Below are positions 44,599-52,060 of a DNA stretch of 64,000 nucleotides, piece after piece; the stretch's first letter is position 1, and each line of letters opens with the position of its first letter. This DNA is from Methanobacteriota archaeon (GTDB lineage Archaea; Thermoplasmatota; Poseidoniia; Poseidoniales; Thalassarchaeaceae). Made by a program: the position numbers and the translations under genes. The notes under the pieces were generated by a model, which had not been told where the DNA came from, searched no databases, and worked only from the letters and a program-made list of their open reading frames with translations. The stretch is taken from contig PSPW01000001.1 in the NCBI GenBank assembly GCA_004195615.1, positions 765-64,764 of the forward strand. The letters run 5' to 3'.

Positions 44599-46869
44599 CT
44601 AGCAGGAGCCGACTAGTGCGCCGTCGACCATTGGCAGCTTGTCGTAGTCGAACCAGTGGGCCGACCCGATAGCAGCGTATGGTGGGCTGCAGACATCGTC
44701 GTGCTTTACGCCGATTCCGTTGTACTGTCCGATGATGATCATGTTCGGATCATCGGTCCATGCTGCGAAGGCGTCGACGTACGCCTGCTCGCGCGTAGCG
44801 TCGTCCTGAGAGGTCCTGCCGATTACGAGGGCGGCGTTGACTGCCGAGTTCTCGTATCCGGTACCATAGGCGTCTCCGCCAATGGAGTCGCCGCCCGCGA
44901 ACGGTGACCAATAGTTGTCAGGGTCCAAGTAATCAGGTGCCCATCCGCTGAAGCGGATGTCCCAGGTCTTTGTGTAGTACATCGTCAGGTACTCGGCCCA
45001 TGGCTTTGCGTCACCCTCAGTGGCGACTCCGATGGTGCCCAGAGCCTCTGCGATCTGGCCTGCCATAGCAATTCGGTAGTCGTTCCCCTCATTGGCCATG
45101 ACACGTAGAACGTTCGGAAGGCGGCACTCGTTGCCTGTCCTGTCACCTACGGCGACCACATCGGGTGTGCCACTGACGGATAGCGAAGTGCAGTCGTACT
45201 GGCGGATGAATCCTGCAGCCTCCAGTATTGCCTCGGCGTTTGTCAGATCGTAGGTGAAGGTCTCGGTCTGAGTGTCAGCATACAGGAAACCGGTTGGAAT
45301 CGGTCCGTACTGTGGGGCCAACGAGTTGTCGTAGGTCTCCCTTCGGTGCGTCTCGTAGTCGAATGCGTACGAGATCGCCTCTCGCAGAGCAGCCGTCTCC
45401 ATGACGTTCATGTCCATGGTGCCATCTGCGTTCGAATCGTGGTTCAGCACGAGTGACGAGTTTGCGTCCGTGTTGGAGGTGTCCTCACCAGCGTCTAGAG
45501 CGTTCGGGTTTAGGTTGAAGGCTGCTAGGGTTGTTGTGAAGGTCTCCCTGTAGGAGCAGATGTACCCATCTTTGCTGGCTACGTTCGGCTTGTCGTCGAG
45601 TGCTGAATCCTCTCCGGAGTCTAGTGCCCCGTTGCTGTTCTCGTCGATGTAGCAGAAGTTGACCAGATCCTCGATGTTGATGCTGCCGAAGTCGACCTCG
45701 CCATCGGTGAAGGCCAGTAGCCTCGTCGATGCCTCAGTGACTATCGAGACAGTGTGGCGGTTGATGTTGTAGTCGCCGCTCTCCCAGTACATCCAGTTTG
45801 GTACGAGGACAAGTCTGTCCTCACGGACCCATGACTGCACCAGGTAAGCGTTGGTTCCAGCGCCGAATGGTGCCTCGTCCATCCAAGCATGGCAGTAGTC
45901 ATCGGAGGTGACGTTTCCGTCAGTATCCAACTCGATAACTCGGTTAGCCTCGCAAAGGTCAGCGTTAATCACTGCGCCCACAGTGTAGGCGATGGTAGAG
46001 ATGAACGCAGACGATGGTGCGAACAGGGTCACGGAGAAAGAGGTGGAGCTGATAGCCGTGAGGTTTAGTCCACCGTTGTCATCGTGGTTTCCATCTGCAT
46101 CGTTGCAGTCGAAGCTCTGCTCCAGAATCCATCCAACGTGGCTGTCAGGGGATCCGTATCCTAGAACACGGCACCATGAGTAGACGACGTCGGAGGCCTC
46201 CATCTTGTCACCGTTGCTGAAGTAAACATCGTCACGTAGAGTGAAGGTGTAGGTTAGGCTATCAGCACTGACAGTGAATCCTGTTGCGAGCCTTGGCTCG
46301 ATGATGGCGTTACCCGTGCCATCGCCAGCATACCTGTACAGAGTGTCGTAGACCTGTTCTATCACGTCACCAGAAGCTGAGTCGTAGGCGTCGTGAGGGT
46401 CGATTGTCGAGGCATCACCAATGGACATCTCAACAACCTCGCAGGGGTTGTTTGATCCCTGCTCACGACACTTTCTGGACTTCTCAAGCTCGTATGAGGC
46501 GTTACCGAAGTCCATGGTTCCTGCAGAATAGGCAGACATGATGGCTGCCTGTGTCATTCCGTATTCACAGGAGTTGTCGTTTTCCTCTGCAGCAGCATCG
46601 TAGTTGTTTGCTGCCATGTCGGTACATCCTGGAACCTTTACTACAGTCTCCGTTACGGTCTCCGTTACGGTCTCCGTTACGGTCTCAGTCACAGTTTCGG
46701 TTACAGTCAGGACACATGCGTTGTTGCCGCTGTCTAGCGTGTAACCGTCTCCGATTGCGTCGCAGTCAGCTTGTGTCAGCGTCCTTTCCACATCGTCCCC
46801 AGCGCATCCCGCTAGGGTCGATGCAATCATTAGTGTGCATAAAAGAAGAGCGTTTGCTTTAGCTTTCAT
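44599..46869 (-). CDS. oppA: Peptide-binding lipoprotein (ABC family-5 solute-binding protein)
   Basis: Start ATG 46869 (MKAKANALLLCTLMIASTLAGCAGDD, with lipobox LAGC). (TETV)n linker. VYDTLYRY and PDYLDPDNYW are family-5-like. It heads the opp operon. Confidence 0.8.
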   Translation of the reverse strand: MKAKANALLLCTLMIASTLAGCAGDDVERTLTQADCDAIGDGYTLDSGNNACVLTVTETVTETVTETVTETVTETVVKVPGCTDMAANNYDAAAEENDNSCEYGMTQAAIMSAYSAGTMDFGNASYELEKSRKCREQGSNNPCEVVEMSIGDASTIDPHDAYDSASGDVIEQVYDTLYRYAGDGTGNAIIEPRLATGFTVSADSLTYTFTLRDDVYFSNGDKMEASDVVYSWCRVLGYGSPDSHVGWILEQSFDCNDADGNHDDNGGLNLTAISSTSFSVTLFAPSSAFISTIAYTVGAVINADLCEANRVIELDTDGNVTSDDYCHAWMDEAPFGAGTNAYLVQSWVREDRLVLVPNWMYWESGDYNINRHTVSIVTEASTRLLAFTDGEVDFGSINIEDLVNFCYIDENSNGALDSGEDSALDDKPNVASKDGYICSYRETFTTTLAAFNLNPNALDAGEDTSNTDANSSLVLNHDSNADGTMDMNVMETAALREAISYAFDYETHRRETYDNSLAPQYGPIPTGFLYADTQTETFTYDLTNAEAILEAAGFIRQYDCTSLSVSGTPDVVAVGDRTGNECRLPNVLRVMANEGNDYRIAMAGQIAEALGTIGVATEGDAKPWAEYLTMYYTKTWDIRFSGWAPDYLDPDNYWSPFAGGDSIGGDAYGTGYENSAVNAALVIGRTSQDDATREQAYVDAFAAWTDDPNMIIIGQYNGIGVKHDDVCSPPYAAIGSAHWFDYDKLPMVDGALVGSC
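46646..46705. repeat. Tandem 12-nt repeat (gtctccgttacg x3 plus 2 degenerate units) inside oppA
   Basis: Read directly from the DNA. It encodes TVTETVTETVTETVTETVTETV immediately after the lipobox. Confidence 0.9.
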
Positions 46870-46904
46870 CGCTCTACTGAGACTAAGGTCTGTATTTAGT
46901 ATCA

Positions 46905-46914
46905 CCCTATAAAT
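46905..46914 (-). promoter_or_regulatory. Candidate TATA box (TTTATAGGG) of the opp operon
   Basis: Lies about 40 nt upstream of oppA ATG 46869 on the minus strand. Confidence 0.4.
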
Positions 46915-46935
46915 TGGACCTTTTGGCCATTCTGA

Positions 46936-46957
46936 TGGATTGATAGTGGATTGATAG
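46936..46957. repeat. Perfect tandem 11-mer tggattgatag x2 upstream of the opp promoter
   Basis: Read directly from the DNA. It lies about 25-45 nt upstream of the candidate TATA box. Confidence 0.8.
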
Positions 46958-47015
46958 TCAATAATAACCTAAAGAAACTGATTGTTGAGCCCTTTCTCTC
47001 AGAATCGGAGATTAC

Positions 47016-47092
47016 TGGTGGACGTGCCGAGATTTGAACTCGGGGCCTCTTCCATGCCAAGGAAGCGCGCTTCCAAGCTGCGCCACACGCCC
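47016..47092 (-). tRNA. tRNA-Ala(GGC), CCA encoded
   Basis: Hand fold: acceptor GGGCGTG/CACGTCC with the G3:U70 identity pair, anticodon loop TT-GGC-AT, T loop TTCAAAT. Confidence 0.9.
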
Positions 47093-47138
47093 AGTGGGCA
47101 GACGAACTGCGACGCTCATTTAAGGGGGACGTGGGGGA

Positions 47139-47684
47139 GTGGTTGATGTGTCACGCGAGGAAGAGGACGGGAGCGTGCCCGCGATCCCGGATGGATTACT
47201 GGAAGACCTGGTTAAGGAGTTGGAGGGGGAAGATGCGCCTTTCGTCAAACACCTCGGGAGAGATTTGGAACTGAAGTGGCTCGAGGAGGATGAGTCGAGG
47301 CTGGGTTTCACAAAATTCGAATGCGACCATCACGAGATCTACCGGAGGCGAAGGCTCGGTGTGCCCCGGGGCCCGGTAACCATTGCCATGAACCCAATAT
47401 TGACCAATGACTCCGCACTATTCCGCCACACTCTGGCGCATGAACTTCTACATGCTGCTGGACTTCTGGATCACGATGGTTTGCATGCAGAGATAGTTGG
47501 CAAGGTTGCCCCTGCTCCCAAACTAAGGGACTCCCCTGTCCTGATGAGGCTACGTGAACAAGTGCTGGAAGGACTCCCCGAGGAGCAGTGGATATGTGGC
47601 AAATGCGGTCACGCTTGGGAAAGAAGGAGAGTGACAAGGCCAACACGGTGCCCGAAGTGCGCAAGCAGGTTTGAGACGAAGTGA
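47139..47684 (+). CDS. SprT-like zinc metalloprotease with C-terminal zinc ribbon
   Basis: GTG start. HTLAHELLHAAG (HExxH). The C-terminus has CGKCG...17 aa...CPKC. Confidence 0.65.
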   Translation: MVDVSREEEDGSVPAIPDGLLEDLVKELEGEDAPFVKHLGRDLELKWLEEDESRLGFTKFECDHHEIYRRRRLGVPRGPVTIAMNPILTNDSALFRHTLAHELLHAAGLLDHDGLHAEIVGKVAPAPKLRDSPVLMRLREQVLEGLPEEQWICGKCGHAWERRRVTRPTRCPKCASRFETK

Positions 47685-47719
47685 GGGTTCATCTAAGTGA
47701 GACCCCCGGAGAGGGTCAC

Positions 47720-47796
47720 GGGCGATTGGTGTAGTCTGGATATCATGCTGGCCTTCTAAGCCGGTGACACGGGTTCGAATCCTGTATTGCCCACCA
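47720..47796 (+). tRNA. tRNA-Arg(TCT), CCA encoded
   Basis: Hand fold: acceptor GGGCGAT/ATTGCCC, anticodon stem CTGGC/GCCGG, loop CT-TCT-AA, T arm ACGGG-TTCGAAT-CCTGT. Confidence 0.88.
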
Positions 47797-47908
47797 CCAT
47801 TCCCTTCGCGATAGCCTCATCGAGAAGCGAAACCGATGCTCCGATTATTTCGGTTGAGCCATCAACATCAACGACAACATCAATGCCTAACTCCGGGGTG
47901 GAGACCCC

Positions 47909-48265
47909 ATGGGATTCAAGTCGAGGGCCCGAAAGCGCCGCGGAGACACGGACGAGGACAAAGTCACCTCAGAGGACGGAGATTCCGAGGAGTACGAGGG
48001 CAAGATCAGATGCGACATCATCGAATGCGACAACTGGGCCGACAAGAAGATCGGGGGCCGCAAGATGGCTTATGACCGGGCAGTGGAGGTATGGGGAGTT
48101 TCGGGAGTTTCCCGCAAGGTACGCAAGGTGTCCCTGTGCAAGCCCTGCTACCGGGCATGGAAGAAGGAGAAGAAGAACGAGCCCAAGGAATGGGCATCGA
48201 AAGCAATGGGATCATCAGGCAATGCCCCCACTTCCACGCCAGTCAGGAGTTTTGATCAGCCGTGA
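47909..48265 (+). CDS. Small charged protein with C-x4-C ... C-x2-C putative zinc finger
   Basis: 118 aa. GGTGGAG lies 6 nt before the ATG. Its composition looks more coding-like than the overlapping 173-aa ORF. Confidence 0.45.
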   Translation: MGFKSRARKRRGDTDEDKVTSEDGDSEEYEGKIRCDIIECDNWADKKIGGRKMAYDRAVEVWGVSGVSRKVRKVSLCKPCYRAWKKEKKNEPKEWASKAMGSSGNAPTSTPVRSFDQP

Positions 48266-48416
48266 GGATACTTTGACGCTACTAGGGGTCCATGTTGGTG
48301 AAATGTAGTCGACGCACCCCCAAGCGAGAGAGAAGACTGAGGACACAGCGCACCGAGCTAATGTCTCCGGCGTCGAGTGCGGTCGTGGCTACTTCGGAAA
48401 CGAGATCCCCGACTCG

Positions 48417-48448
48417 TGTCACAAATTCGAATCCTGTATTGCCCGCCA
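48417..48448 (+). repeat. Degenerate copy of the 3' half of tRNA-Arg(TCT) (att-like direct repeat)
   Basis: tgtcacaaattcgaatcctgtattgcccgcca matches 47765-47796 tgacacgggttcgaatcctgtattgcccacca at 27 of 32 positions, including a 19-nt perfect core. Its T stem is destroyed and no 5' half lies upstream. Confidence 0.8.
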
Positions 48449-48528
48449 TCTAATCTAGATATGTATCACGAATCGCTCATATACGCGAGGCAGGTCGGAA
48501 GGACTCGCAAACTGGAGTGTGATTCACA

Positions 48529-48639
48529 GTGAAGAGAGGTTCCCGTGCTTGGAAGAAACAGGGGAAGCAACGCTGGAAGTGGCGAAAGAAGAAGCTCCGA
48601 AGGCGGAAGGCGGCCAGAAAGCGGGCCAAGCAACAATAA
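48529..48639 (+). CDS. rpl41e: 50S ribosomal protein eL41 (36 aa, GTG start)
   Basis: Too short for the ORF track. An in-frame stop sits 7 nt upstream of the GTG. The translation VKRGSRAWKKQGKQRWKWRKKKLRRRKAARKRAKQQ matches the archaeal eL41 pattern (RKWKKKGRMRWKW.KKR.RRLKR) as I remember it. Confidence 0.6.
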   Translation: MKRGSRAWKKQGKQRWKWRKKKLRRRKAARKRAKQQ

Positions 48640-48680
48640 CACTGGGTCAGCGTGAATAGGGGTCGCCTCGTCTCGATGTT

Positions 48681-50285
48681 ATGGTCGAGCGGGGCCCTAT
48701 CGATGCGGAGATTGTCGGCGAGCCTGCGGGTCGCCGAATTCTGATGATGTACAAATCTGGCTCGGCAGCCATTTTGGTAGTTGCGATACTCATCATCGCA
48801 GCATTCCAATCGATTGTGGCATCGCCCAAATCCGGATCTAGCGGCGGTGAAGATAGCAGGAACGTCGTTGCCGTGTGGAATCAAAGCGTATACATGCCCA
48901 GGCACGAGGAATGCATTGACGAGAGCAACGGGCAGGACTTGCCTGAATTTGGAATCGGATACGAGCCTAGCATCTCAATCACCAGCAATGGGAACATGTT
49001 CATCACGGCACACAAGGACCTGAGATGGGGGGGAGAGGATTCCCCGATCCCGATAATCTTAGATCCCGATGACCCGGGACCTTGGTGGGCCTGCACGGAT
49101 GAGAGGGAGACGACTTGGGACTACTGGGCATCTTGGTTCTGGGCCTCATACGACAATGGTACCACCTGGGGGCATGGGGAGAATTTCGAGCCGACACCTG
49201 GAAACATGCTCTTCGCAAACTACCTAGCCGGAGGTTCGGAGTGCCTAGGGGACGAGGGTGATATCTCCGTAGACGCGATGGACACTGTGTACTATCTAGA
49301 CACTACTCTGGAAGACAACTGGTGGCACACTCTGGAAGACCATGGTACGGAATACTCCACAGGTATCTGTCAGAGAATGAACACCATGGCAGCGGATGAC
49401 CGACCCTGGGTCGCGGCCCAGGGAGATGGCATCATTCACTACCTCGGCAACTCTGGCGCATCCCCCCCCGAATGCACTGGCGACTCTGGGAGGTACTGGT
49501 ACTACCACTCTGAGGATGGTGGGAACACATTCTCACAGTGCTACTCGGTACCTGGTGGGTGGAGCACGATTGCCAGCCAGAGGCATGGATCGTACGTCTA
49601 CATAGCCCAGGAGAATGCGGACACCCAATCGGGTACCGTCATAGTCAGAATCAGCGATGAGTATGGCAGAGGAACGGGTTTCGGCGATGGCACATGGGAC
49701 CCCCCAATAGACGTCGGACCGAGGGAGGGGAACTGTCCCGAGGGGTACCCAGTGGTGAACAACAACGAGGGAGGCACCGTTGCAGTTGTGTGGGCCGACT
49801 GCCCGAACGGAAGCACAGGTCCATGGGAAATCAGGTTCGCCATCTCATACGACCACGGGACGAACTGGTCCACGTGGAACGTCTCTCACATCAATGGGAT
49901 CCAGATGTACCCGTTCGTCAGCATCAGCGATGGCGACATGGTCTCACTGGCATTCTACGGTCTGGACTTCGATGATGGGGACCTGGATGGCGACTACGTG
50001 GAAGGAGAGGAATGGTTCCTGTACGCAGGTGCACTGCAATCACCAGAAGAGGGAGACAGCTGGGATTTTACGATTGCAGACCAGGAGCCATTGCATGTGG
50101 TCACTGGTTACGAGGAGCAGTCCGGTGACGTCCATGCGCTGCACGACTTCTTTGAGACCGTCCTGAGTCCAGATGGCTCGTGGATGGGGATTGCCTACCA
50201 ACAGAACATGGGGCAGCATCCGTTCGAGGAGAACGAGGAGCAGAGGTACATCAAGTTCGTCAGAGGTGACTTCTCAACCGCCTGA
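48681..50285 (+). CDS. Signal-anchored BNR/Asp-box beta-propeller (sialidase-fold) exoprotein
   Basis: Asp-boxes SYDNGTTW, SEDGGNTF and SYDHGTNW. N-terminal anchor SAAILVVAILIIAAF. ATG 48744 is an alternative start. Confidence 0.75.
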   Translation: MVERGPIDAEIVGEPAGRRILMMYKSGSAAILVVAILIIAAFQSIVASPKSGSSGGEDSRNVVAVWNQSVYMPRHEECIDESNGQDLPEFGIGYEPSISITSNGNMFITAHKDLRWGGEDSPIPIILDPDDPGPWWACTDERETTWDYWASWFWASYDNGTTWGHGENFEPTPGNMLFANYLAGGSECLGDEGDISVDAMDTVYYLDTTLEDNWWHTLEDHGTEYSTGICQRMNTMAADDRPWVAAQGDGIIHYLGNSGASPPECTGDSGRYWYYHSEDGGNTFSQCYSVPGGWSTIASQRHGSYVYIAQENADTQSGTVIVRISDEYGRGTGFGDGTWDPPIDVGPREGNCPEGYPVVNNNEGGTVAVVWADCPNGSTGPWEIRFAISYDHGTNWSTWNVSHINGIQMYPFVSISDGDMVSLAFYGLDFDDGDLDGDYVEGEEWFLYAGALQSPEEGDSWDFTIADQEPLHVVTGYEEQSGDVHALHDFFETVLSPDGSWMGIAYQQNMGQHPFEENEEQRYIKFVRGDFSTA

Positions 50286-50483
50286 CGATACCACCACCAA
50301 CTCTAGCGTTGTGTCACCCTTGATAATCGAAGTATGGGGGACGATTGTCTCCCCGTGGACTGCGAGGACGGTAGATGGGAGGACGCCCATCTTCTCAAGG
50401 ATCTCGTTGACCGAAATGGGCTTGCTTGATTCGACTTGGACGGACTCTCCCAGATGCTCAACTCGAATGATCACGAAGGGCAT
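50274..50483 (-). CDS. ThiS/MoaD/SAMP-like ubiquitin-fold protein ending in Gly-Gly
   Basis: 69 aa with beta-grasp-like length. The C-terminus is ...LELVVVSSGG followed by the stop. Confidence 0.65.
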   Translation of the reverse strand: MPFVIIRVEHLGESVQVESSKPISVNEILEKMGVLPSTVLAVHGETIVPHTSIIKGDTTLELVVVSSGG

Positions 50484-50529
50484 GAGGTCGGGTCAGCCTT
50501 ATGTCTGATTCGCAGGTGGCCGTTTCGCT

Positions 50530-50615
50530 GCCGAGATCGCATAGCCCGGTATTGCGGTGGATTCGAAATCCACTGTCCATTGGACGCGGGGGTTCAAATC
50601 CCTCTCTCGGCGCCA
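50530..50615 (+). tRNA. tRNA-Ser(CGA), long variable arm, CCA encoded
   Basis: Hand fold: acceptor GCCGAGA/TCTCGGC, anticodon stem GTGGA/TCCAC, loop TT-CGA-AA, variable arm TGTCCATTGGACG, T arm GGGGG-TTCAAAT-CCCTC. Confidence 0.88.
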
Positions 50616-51271
50616 TCATCCCCTTCCCACCAGCCTACCTCTTCGGATGGTTCCTCGGTGGTTTCTGGCCCTTCGTCGTCTGGCTCCTTCGAGTATTCCG
50701 CCGGTGGCTCTTCTGGATCCTCGAGGTGAATGCCGATCCCCTCCAGCATGGTACCTCTCATTGCGATCCTTGCACCGATCATAAATATCGCCACGAGGTT
50801 GAAGCACGAGAGAATTGCGATGTTGGTGAATGCACCTGAACCGATGGAGAAACCGGTGATTAGGACGCTTCTGTCGGAGTCATTGGGGTCGACGAACACA
50901 TCTATGGAAGATCCCTTTGGGTGCTTCCTCTCGAAGTCCTCCTTCCACTCAAGGCTGGAGTCACTGGAGTCCTCCCAGTCTACTAGTGAAAGCTGGTCGC
51001 TTCGGTAGACCGTGTCATCGACCTCGTAACTGTAATCGACTTCCAGCCTAGAGGAACACCCATCGTCACCGCAGGTCTCCCAGATGTAGATCTTCTCGAC
51101 GGTGCCCTGAGTGCGGTCCCAGTTCTTTGTTTGCCACTGCTCGTAGTGTAATGGGGCGGCGAATATATCGATGGCAAAAACGATGGCAAAGAAAACTATG
51201 GTAATGACCAAAACAATAGTGTTTGATTGGGTGGGATTGCCGATTCTGTTAGTGTCCTCATCGAAGGGCAT
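50594..51271 (-). CDS. DUF3592-like membrane protein (TM, beta-rich domain, TM, acidic tail)
   Basis: Track ORF. The architecture and the W..TQGTV segment after TM1 resemble DUF3592. The last 22 nt overlap tRNA-Ser on the opposite strand. Confidence 0.5.
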   Translation of the reverse strand: MPFDEDTNRIGNPTQSNTIVLVITIVFFAIVFAIDIFAAPLHYEQWQTKNWDRTQGTVEKIYIWETCGDDGCSSRLEVDYSYEVDDTVYRSDQLSLVDWEDSSDSSLEWKEDFERKHPKGSSIDVFVDPNDSDRSVLITGFSIGSGAFTNIAILSCFNLVAIFMIGARIAMRGTMLEGIGIHLEDPEEPPAEYSKEPDDEGPETTEEPSEEVGWWEGDDGAERGI

Positions 51272-51352
51272 AGAAAGGCCACCGACAGATGTCTATTCTT
51301 TCTTTGGTGTGATCTCAAAAAAGATTATAGAGATTTCTTTTGTCAGATACCC

Positions 51353-52057
51353 ATGGAAATCGAAAGCGAATACGGACCTGCATTTACGCTAATGACTGCA
51401 AATCTCTCACCGGGAGAGCAAATTAAAGTCGAGCCTGGAGCCATGGTTGCCCAGTCTGAGGGGATGGAGATGAAGACTGGGATGGGAAGTGGCGGGGGCC
51501 TTGGTGGATTCATGAAGAGCATGGTCAGGAGCGCGCTTGGCGGTGAGTCCTTCTTCGTTAACACGTACACTGCTAGCCCATCAGGAGGATGGCTCGCCAT
51601 GGCACCATCTGCCCCAGGGGATATCGAGACGTTTGACCTTGCTCCGGGTCAGGCTTTCTACATGCAAGGAGGGGCATTCATGGCTTCTACCATCAACGTG
51701 GAAACCTCGACAAAGTTCCAGGGCTCGAAGGCCCTCTTTTCGAGAGAGGGGTTCTTCTTCCTGAGGGCTGAGGCATCTGAAGTCCCGGGCAAGGTCTTCT
51801 ACACGTCATACGGTGCTATGAAGAAGTACGAAGTAACGCCAGACAAGCCCATCAAGATCGATAACGGCCATGTGGTGGCATTCACAGAGGGTCTCCATTA
51901 CAATATCTCTAAAGTAAAGGGGCTCGGTTCCTTCCTGTTCGGGGGAGAGGGTTTCACCCTGGACTTCAATGGTTCTGGGTCAGTTTGGATTCAGACTAGG
52001 AACATCCAGGCACTCGCGACTCAGATGATCCCATTCCTCCCGAAGGGAAGTCAGTAG
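51353..52057 (+). CDS. AIM24/DUF124 (TIGR00266) family protein
   Basis: Internal ATG 51353. LSPGEQIKVEPGAMVAQSEGMEM...GESFFVNTY...LAPGQAFYMQGGAFMAS...FSREGFFFLR. Confidence 0.75.
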   Translation: MEIESEYGPAFTLMTANLSPGEQIKVEPGAMVAQSEGMEMKTGMGSGGGLGGFMKSMVRSALGGESFFVNTYTASPSGGWLAMAPSAPGDIETFDLAPGQAFYMQGGAFMASTINVETSTKFQGSKALFSREGFFFLRAEASEVPGKVFYTSYGAMKKYEVTPDKPIKIDNGHVVAFTEGLHYNISKVKGLGSFLFGGEGFTLDFNGSGSVWIQTRNIQALATQMIPFLPKGSQ

Positions 52058-52060
52058 GAA

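Noticed and set aside
5001-46705. Checked whether the short tandem repeats (18-mer at 5001, 12-mer at 46646, 11-mer at 46936) could be CRISPR-like
   Set aside because: They are head-to-tail without spacers, have 2-5 units, and two of them lie inside coding regions where they encode amino-acid repeats. No cas genes are present.
47787-48308. 173-aa plus-strand ORF starting inside tRNA-Arg
   Set aside because: It has Ser/Thr/Arg/Pro-rich off-frame composition and begins within the tRNA. The 118-aa frame (47909-48265), which has an SD-like motif, is preferred, though only at moderate confidence.
48477-48905. 142-aa minus-strand ORF
   Set aside because: It is antisense to the eL41 mini-gene and the start of the BNR gene, with His/Arg/Cys-rich non-protein-like composition.
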